DNA from: Candidatus Micrarchaeia archaeon
GTDB taxonomy: Archaea; Micrarchaeota; Micrarchaeia; CAILAH01
Length of the DNA: 64,000 nt
Direction: 5' to 3'
NCBI GenBank assembly: GCA_038874595.1
Contig: JAVZCB010000001.1
Coordinates: 132,397-196,396, forward strand
Shown: one piece after another, positions 57,895-64,000 of the stretch
Layout of the letters: each line of letters opens with the position of its first letter
How positions within the stretch are numbered: the first letter of the stretch is position 1
The notes under the pieces: model-generated
The model's input: the letters and a program-made list of their open reading frames with translations, nothing else
Databases searched by the model: none
Told to the model about the DNA's origin: nothing
Translations under genes and position numbers: made by a program

Positions 57895-59433
57895 GTGCAA
57901 AACAAACTATCACAGCTGAATGCGCTTTTCCTTGCGGTATTACTACTTATTGCAGGGTGTGCGATATCTATAAGTATTCTTGACCTGTTCGTGCTGCCTG
58001 CTTTGGTGCCAGCAGAAAGCGCAACTGCAAGGCTGGCAGATATACCTCACGGAATTAATGCATCAATCGATTCGCCACAAGAGCTGTATGTGCCTGAGGA
58101 TTCGCCGTTTGAAATTGCAATTACGCTAAGCACACCTGAAATCAAAGATGGCGAAACTGTGGTTGTGTATATTGTTGCTAACGATAGCATACGCGATGTG
58201 CACGAATGTGTGCCATCTGACGAGGAAGTAACTTTTGTCGGGAAAACACAAATACACTGTAATGTGAGCATTGCACACGCATACATAGTGCGTGAGCAGG
58301 TAATCTTGTACCCTGTGCTTGAGCATTACCTAACCGGCCCGATTGCGCGTGCCGACCCGATAGTGCTGGCGATTGATTGGGATGAGTATGATTCACTGCT
58401 GTGGGGATACTCAATAATGATGCTTTTTGCCTCAATCATCGCGCTTGCGTTTATGGCAGCTGTGCTCATAATCGTGCTTTATGTTGCGGCTGGCGCGAAG
58501 CACATTGAGGAATACAAAGAAGAATACAGCCTCTCAACCCTCCTCCTTCCGTTCAAGAATGCCAAAAGCTGGACCGAAATGTACCAGGCGCTTATCTCAT
58601 CACCATGGTTCTGGATTACAGAGGTTGCAGGTATCGCAGTTCTTCTCTTTTACATTATGTTTGCATCAAACTCGCTCGTATCGTTCTCGGCGTTTTTTGC
58701 GTTTATGCTGAGCGGTTTTCTTGCGTTCATAACACCTTTCCTGTGGACTGCTGTTATGTGGCTTGCAGATTACAAGGAGCGTGAGCCTCTCAGGATTATT
58801 GTATCGCTGTTCCTGTGGGGCGGCCTTGCAGGCCTGATGTCAATAGGCCTGAACTCACTGTTAGGCAATATATTCATTGCAATTGGGGTAGGGTTTCTCT
58901 CTGCGATGATCATTGCACCGCTTGTAGAGGAGTTTTTCAAGGGTATGGGCATCGCAGTGTTCTCGTTGCATCATGAACTCAACAATATGGTCGATGGCCT
59001 CGTATATGGTTTTATAATAGGGATGGGGTTTGCTTTTGTTGAGGATTGGCTGTATCTATTAAACAATCCAATGGGTGGCAATCCAGCAATGTGGTTTGCA
59101 GTGTTCATATTGCGCTCGATAGTATTCTCTGCAACACATGGTGTGTTCACATCCCTCACAGGAGCTATAATAGGTTACCTTAAAGAGAAGGAGTTTGCGT
59201 TCCCGACACTCGGCCTGCTGTTTGCACCGTTGCCTGCGATGGCCCTGCACGCCATACACAATTCAATGGAATTCTGGTCATTGTTCGGTGGACTTGGGCA
59301 GGTTGCATACTGTTGCATCCTCCTCCCACTGTTTGATTATGGTGGCTTGGCTTTTGTAATGATTCTTCTCATCATTGGAGTGTATCTAATGCAGCCATTA
59401 AAACAAAAGGGCAAGAAAGCACTTGGAACCTAA
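57895..59433 (+). CDS. PrsW-family intramembrane metalloprotease with an N-terminal extracellular domain
   Basis: C-terminal multi-TM domain with EEFFKG, FAFVED and HGVFT motifs (EExxK, FxxxE, H). Confidence 0.55.
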   Translation: MQNKLSQLNALFLAVLLLIAGCAISISILDLFVLPALVPAESATARLADIPHGINASIDSPQELYVPEDSPFEIAITLSTPEIKDGETVVVYIVANDSIRDVHECVPSDEEVTFVGKTQIHCNVSIAHAYIVREQVILYPVLEHYLTGPIARADPIVLAIDWDEYDSLLWGYSIMMLFASIIALAFMAAVLIIVLYVAAGAKHIEEYKEEYSLSTLLLPFKNAKSWTEMYQALISSPWFWITEVAGIAVLLFYIMFASNSLVSFSAFFAFMLSGFLAFITPFLWTAVMWLADYKEREPLRIIVSLFLWGGLAGLMSIGLNSLLGNIFIAIGVGFLSAMIIAPLVEEFFKGMGIAVFSLHHELNNMVDGLVYGFIIGMGFAFVEDWLYLLNNPMGGNPAMWFAVFILRSIVFSATHGVFTSLTGAIIGYLKEKEFAFPTLGLLFAPLPAMALHAIHNSMEFWSLFGGLGQVAYCCILLPLFDYGGLAFVMILLIIGVYLMQPLKQKGKKALGT

Positions 59434-59555
59434 TCAAACACGGCAGCCAGCTGGCCAGGCACGTATGCTTTTATTACCATATCACCAGGAGGGCAAAATG
59501 CAATTGCGTTGGCCAGTATGGTAATGTTTTTATTACTGGCAACTTATAATTTGGC

Positions 59556-61226
59556 ATGGCCAATACGGAATCATCCTCACTTATGCAGACGATGCTGAGG
59601 AGAAGGGCTAGGAAAAAGGCCTATAACCCAAACCAGCTGTCGCTTGACTTGTTCGGTGAAAAAAAGCCCAAATGTGAGGAGGATATCAATTGTATACTCG
59701 ACTCAAAACTGGCCGCTTATGACTTCTCTCTTCTCAAGCCGCATCAGTATGAATACAGGACATACCAGAAAAAAGCACTCTTGTTTGCACTTGAGAATAA
59801 GAGCGCAATAATACAACTAGGAACCGGTACCGGAAAAACCGATATTGAGTTCCTACTTGCTGCTGAGTCGCTCAAGCGTGGGAAAGTGATGCTTGTCGCT
59901 GATACGCATATCCTGTGCAAGCAGCATTATGATGCTGCAATAGGCCCGTGCGGCTTTAATTTAAGCAAAGATGAGATTGCGTTTGCGGTCGGTGAGAACC
60001 GCCAGAAACGGAAGGACCCTGAGTTTTACAGGAAGGCCAGGCTTGTTATTGGCACGCCAGAGGCGATAATGCAGGATATTATAAGAGACCGCCTTTATAT
60101 TCAGGATTTTGCATTAATTATCCTTGATGAAGTCCATCATACGCTTGGTGCCGATGATTACATGCACATAGTCAATCTTGCAATTGGGTTTGGCGTGCCG
60201 CGTGTCGGGTTTTCAGCCTCCCCGGCAGAGAACAAGGAGCGTCTTCTTGCACTCATGGATAATATGCAGGTAAAGCATATTTTTTCAGGAGACCAAAAAG
60301 AGATAGAAAGGTATGTTGGTTACGCGCCGCATATTAAATTATGGGTACCTCTTGAAGAAAAAAGAAAGGAAGCTTTACGTGTATACGGTGAACTCATAAA
60401 AGAACTTATGGATAAGATGCTCCATTATGCGAATTATGCAGGGATGGACATACTGCTAAAGCATTACAGACATCTAACGTATGAGTTTAGGATACCCAGA
60501 ACAAAAGAACTTAATAGCGGGATGCACATAATTAACCAGTACAGGGACAGGTTCACATCTTATGATGACCAATCTGAGGCATATTACCTTACCTGCTCTT
60601 ACCATGCGGCAGTCTACAAGGCATGCTATCATTACACTACACTTGAGCGTATAGGGACTGAAGAATTTTTTGAGTATCATAAGAAACTCTCTATGGACCA
60701 GACAAAGGCAGCTGCCTTACTGCGGGAATCCGATAAGTACCAGAAATGCCTTAGCATAGCAGCATCGTTGGAAGACCATCCTAAGCTCACATACATATAC
60801 AACCTATTGGCAGAGCATAATGAGCAGGCAATAATTTTCGTTGAAACAAAATCGCACGCGTTACGCCTTGCAGCCAAGCTTAGCAAAAGCACTTTCCCGG
60901 CAGTTGCGTTGCTCGGCAAGTCAGAGATGAGTGAGAAAAAACAACTTCGTATTAGAAGGGATTTTGAAGAGGGAAAGTTTCAAGTGCTTGTTGCAACAAG
61001 CGTTGCAAACGAGGGGCTGCACATGCCGGCAATAAAACTGTGCATAAACTACTCTGCACCATATTCGCACATTGCAATGCAACAGCGGATTGGTAGGGTA
61101 CGCGGGGCGCAGGGTAAGATTTACACACTTATAGGGCAGGATACAAGCGATGTAATACTTTACCACGTATCACAAGCACGCAAAAAATCACTTAAAAAGA
61201 TATATAATGACTGGGCGGAGCATTAG
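59556..61226 (+). CDS. superfamily-2 DEAD/DEAH-box helicase (Hef/FANCM-like core; no nuclease domain)
   Basis: GTGTGKT (motif I), ILDEVHH (motif II), VATSVANEGLHM, QQRIGRVRG (motif VI). Confidence 0.65.
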   Translation: MANTESSSLMQTMLRRRARKKAYNPNQLSLDLFGEKKPKCEEDINCILDSKLAAYDFSLLKPHQYEYRTYQKKALLFALENKSAIIQLGTGTGKTDIEFLLAAESLKRGKVMLVADTHILCKQHYDAAIGPCGFNLSKDEIAFAVGENRQKRKDPEFYRKARLVIGTPEAIMQDIIRDRLYIQDFALIILDEVHHTLGADDYMHIVNLAIGFGVPRVGFSASPAENKERLLALMDNMQVKHIFSGDQKEIERYVGYAPHIKLWVPLEEKRKEALRVYGELIKELMDKMLHYANYAGMDILLKHYRHLTYEFRIPRTKELNSGMHIINQYRDRFTSYDDQSEAYYLTCSYHAAVYKACYHYTTLERIGTEEFFEYHKKLSMDQTKAAALLRESDKYQKCLSIAASLEDHPKLTYIYNLLAEHNEQAIIFVETKSHALRLAAKLSKSTFPAVALLGKSEMSEKKQLRIRRDFEEGKFQVLVATSVANEGLHMPAIKLCINYSAPYSHIAMQQRIGRVRGAQGKIYTLIGQDTSDVILYHVSQARKKSLKKIYNDWAEH

Positions 61227-61359
61227 CAAGTTCCGGAAGCATTGGAAACCTGCTCGTGCATGTTTTTTATATTGCATTCGATACATTCAATATTATGTTT
61301 GCAACAAAAATAAAGAAGCCGTATTGGCTTTAGGCATAACAATAAAAAAGAGCAGTTAT

Positions 61360-61512
61360 TTATTCTTCTTCCGCAAACTTTTTTATTGCATCAAAGTTTT
61401 CAACTATAAGCCTGGCCTTTCTTTTCCCAAAACTAAAGGGAAACTTATCGGCCTCAGATGCTTTAAGAACTATCAACTTGTTCCCATTGTATTCAGTGTA
61501 CTCAACTGCCAT
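61360..61512 (-). CDS. small ORF (50 aa), hypothetical
   Basis: MAVEYTEYNGNKLIVLKASEADKFPFSFGKRKARLIVENFDAIKKFAEEE. Below the ORF-track cutoff; same strand as lonB; balanced composition. Confidence 0.25.
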   Translation of the reverse strand: MAVEYTEYNGNKLIVLKASEADKFPFSFGKRKARLIVENFDAIKKFAEEE

Positions 61513-61655
61513 TCATTACACCCCCTTATCCTTTATAGGTTTCTTCTATTATTATGTATGTAATGTTATATAAGCTTAACTATTAATAATATGATACATA
61601 CCATACTCTGCGCTAGATAGCACTAGTACAATAAAAGACGTTTCCAGCAGATAAA

Positions 61656-63572
61656 TCATAACATCTTTAACAGCTTTCTTTTCTTTGCTGAATCGTGCAG
61701 TGCATACTCTAGCACTTCCTTGAATGTTTTTACTGGGATTATACGCACTTTCTTAAGCTGGTCTTTGCTAAGTACTACATCGTCCTTATTACTGAACGGG
61801 ATAATTACCGCTTCCATACCAGTTTCAATCGCGGCCTCTATTTTTGGGCTTACACCACCAACGGGCAGGACTTCACCGCGCACGCTCAGCGACCCTGTCA
61901 TTGCAATATTCTGTTTAATCGGAATTTCCTCAAGCGCCGAGAATACCGCAGTTGCTATGCTTATGCTGGCACTGTCACCTTCAACACCTTCGTAAGTCTG
62001 CAAAAACTGGATGTGTATATCCTTGTTTGTAACATCCGCACCAAGATGCCTCTTTATTATTGCAGATACGTTCTCAACCGCCTCTTTTGCAATCTCACCA
62101 AGCTTGCCTGTAGCAATAATCCTATTCTCCTGCTTTGAGCTGGCAGGGGTAATCTGCGCCTCTATGGGTAGCACGATACCTGAACTCCCTTCACCAATAA
62201 CAGCAAGGCCGTTCACTTTTCCGATTGCAACTCCTTTGTTTGCAAATACATCATACTCCTTCTTGAAATCGATAATTTTTGAAGCAATCTGCTGCTCAAG
62301 CGGTGATGCAACACTTCTGGCCTGCTGAACGTGCTTTGCCTCAACAACCTTTGCGCCTTGCTCAACTGCAATATCCCCCGCAGCACGAATCAGACCGCCC
62401 AGGTCACGCATCCTTAATGTAAGCTTGCCTTTCCTTCCCGCCATCCTCTTTGCAGAGTTTATTATCTCTTCAACGGCACCGTTTGAAAAGTGCGGTATCT
62501 TTCCATCTTTTTTGACTTCCTGTGCAATAAACTGGACAAACTTCTTCCTGTTCTCAGGAGTGTCATCAATTGTATCCTCCATGTACACCTCATACCCATA
62601 TCCCTTTATCCGTGAGCGGAGTGCCGGGTGTATCTTTGTAACATCCTGGAGATTACCAGCAGCAACAAGCAGGAAATCGCAAGGGACGGGATCGGTGCGA
62701 ACAAGCGCGCCCGAGCTCGTCTCGCTCTGGCCCGTTATCGGAAATTTCTTGTTCTGCATTGCAGAAAGCAGGTCCTGCTGTGATTTCTGCCCAAGCAGTG
62801 CAACTTCATCGATGAACAAAACACCCTTATGTGCCTTATGTATTGCTCCTGCCTCAACACGCAGGTGTGCCGGCGTACCAAGCCCGCCGCTCTGCAGGGG
62901 GTCGTGCTTAACATCACCAAACAATGCACCTGCCTTTGACCCTGTAGCCTCATGGAACGGTGCAGTTTCCCTGAAACTGTTATCAACAATCAGTTTTGGC
63001 TCAGAGGGTGCATACATCTGCCCCATCCTCTTGCTGAGCTGCGAAACAAACAGCCACGCAGCAAGCAGGATAAACGCACCGAGCGTGCCAGCAGCAATCA
63101 AGTTTGTTGAGCCAGGCATAGCATTCTGGTAGATTATGGCTGCGATAACAGAGATTGCAATTATAATCAGCAGAACCTTAACAATTGAAAATGAGCCGCT
63201 TTCACTTGTAGCCATCTCCTTCCTATGGCTCTCTATTATGCGCCTTCCCTTACCGGGAAGTTTCCTCTTTAACTCATCGGGTGAATCATATGTTTTTACA
63301 ACGCGCACTTTCGGATTGTTCTCATCATGCTTGTTTGGGTAAATCAGCACATCTTCAAGCTCTTCTGCAGGCAGCATCTCAGACATTGCCTGTGCTAGCA
63401 TGCTCTTTCCAGTACCGGGCTGCCCTACAAGCAGGACGTGCCGTTTCTGCCTTGCAGCCTTGCGTATAATATCAACCGCCTTATCCTGGCCGATAACCTG
63501 TTCAATAAGCTTCTCTGGGACCTTAATCTCACTAGTATCTTTGTTCACGTATTTCAACAGAAACCACCGCAC
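61656..63572 (-). CDS. lonB: archaeal membrane-bound Lon protease (LonB)
   Basis: AAA+ [10 protein letters not shown], two inserted TM helices, protease domain with catalytic Ser in [15 protein letters not shown] and Lys. Confidence 0.9.
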   Translation of the reverse strand: MRWFLLKYVNKDTSEIKVPEKLIEQVIGQDKAVDIIRKAARQKRHVLLVGQPGTGKSMLAQAMSEMLPAEELEDVLIYPNKHDENNPKVRVVKTYDSPDELKRKLPGKGRRIIESHRKEMATSESGSFSIVKVLLIIIAISVIAAIIYQNAMPGSTNLIAAGTLGAFILLAAWLFVSQLSKRMGQMYAPSEPKLIVDNSFRETAPFHEATGSKAGALFGDVKHDPLQSGGLGTPAHLRVEAGAIHKAHKGVLFIDEVALLGQKSQQDLLSAMQNKKFPITGQSETSSGALVRTDPVPCDFLLVAAGNLQDVTKIHPALRSRIKGYGYEVYMEDTIDDTPENRKKFVQFIAQEVKKDGKIPHFSNGAVEEIINSAKRMAGRKGKLTLRMRDLGGLIRAAGDIAVEQGAKVVEAKHVQQARSVASPLEQQIASKIIDFKKEYDVFANKGVAIGKVNGLAVIGEGSSGIVLPIEAQITPASSKQENRIIATGKLGEIAKEAVENVSAIIKRHLGADVTNKDIHIQFLQTYEGVEGDSASISIATAVFSALEEIPIKQNIAMTGSLSVRGEVLPVGGVSPKIEAAIETGMEAVIIPFSNKDDVVLSKDQLKKVRIIPVKTFKEVLEYALHDSAKKRKLLKML

Positions 63573-63624
63573 ATAATTTCAGCGTGCAATTGTTTTTATC
63601 TGCATCTGCACCAAGCGTATATTA

Positions 63625-63634
63625 GGTTTAAAAA
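63625..63634 (+). promoter_or_regulatory. TATA box (GTTTAAAAAC) of the tfb gene
   Basis: AT-rich box ~27-36 bp upstream of the ATG at 63661, suggesting a leaderless transcript. Confidence 0.4.
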
Positions 63635-63660
63635 CTTTACGATTATTGTTTATGCATATG

Positions 63661-64000
63661 GCTAGAAAAAGCAAGCCCGCAAAGGCTATGAAAAGCAATG
63701 ATGATGATAAACAACAAACTATTTCTTCCAATGTAGGTGCAATCGTGTGCCCGAACTGTGGTAGCCGGCGCATAGTTAGAGATTATGAGCGAGGGGAACT
63801 CGTGTGTGCTGACTGCGGCCTTGTGATTGCAGAGCACCTCATTGATATGGGTGCTGAATGGCGTGCATACAGCTCTGATGAGCTTAAAGCCAAAGCGCGC
63901 GGCGGCGCACCTATAAAATACATACGGCCGGATAAGGGGCTTACAACTGAGATTGACCTCTATAACAGGGATATCCGCGGCCTTAAAATTTCCGGTAAAA
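63661..64000 (+). CDS. tfb: transcription initiation factor IIB (TFB), N-terminal part; runs off the window edge
   Basis: Zinc ribbon CPNCGSRRIVRDYERGELVCADCG, then EWRAYS and B-linker. Confidence 0.85.

Noticed and set aside
61207-61563. 118-aa plus-strand ORF after the helicase.
   Set aside because: It is low-complexity (F/L/K/Y-rich), antisense to a compact 50-aa ORF with balanced composition, and overlaps the helicase stop.

Overview
This 64-kb window looks like archaeal chromosomal DNA. Informational genes (TFB, RpoL/Rpo11, RpoP, Csl4, eL43, Brix, Elp3, UppS, GGGPS/PcrB, membrane LonB) sit next to accessory content. GC content is moderate to low; proteins are K/E-rich and several genes appear to start close to their TATA boxes. 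Coding density is high and both strands are used. Recognisable gene sets: a csl4-rpoL-DUF99-signal peptidase operon; an eL43-rpoP-Brix cluster; a copper-resistance operon (membrane wHTH sensor, HMA membrane protein, CopA P1B-ATPase); a form III RuBisCO large subunit behind a P-loop ATPase with a C-terminal wHTH and a small Cys-rich ORF; a mutS-mutL pair preceded by two unknown genes; two HtpX/M48 paralogs; a Na/Pi cotransporter separated by one in-frame TAG from its PhoU-like tail; a bacterial-type pyruvoyl PanD; NAD kinase, thioredoxin, Nudix, Dus, Nsun m5C RNA methyltransferase, class IV aminotransferase, a Ca/cation P2-type ATPase and a FlaI/VirB11-like ATPase. The most unusual element is a tRNA-Val(CAC) gene on the minus strand split at the canonical 37/38 position by a 386-nt intervening sequence. 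That sequence carries ~3.3 copies of a 72-bp tandem repeat, each with a perfect 7-bp GC palindrome, plus further perfect hairpins. Other non-coding signals are a ~216-nt multi-hairpin RNA candidate with a mutually exclusive alternative pairing (2079-2294), a GC-rich GA/CT hairpin-repeat region (2365-2660), and an AT-rich convergent intergenic region (25300-26520) with recurring TTCTAA/TTAGAA palindromes and a 19-bp inverted-repeat pair. No CRISPR array, rRNA or clear transposase was found. All calls rest on motif recognition by eye; none was checked against databases.
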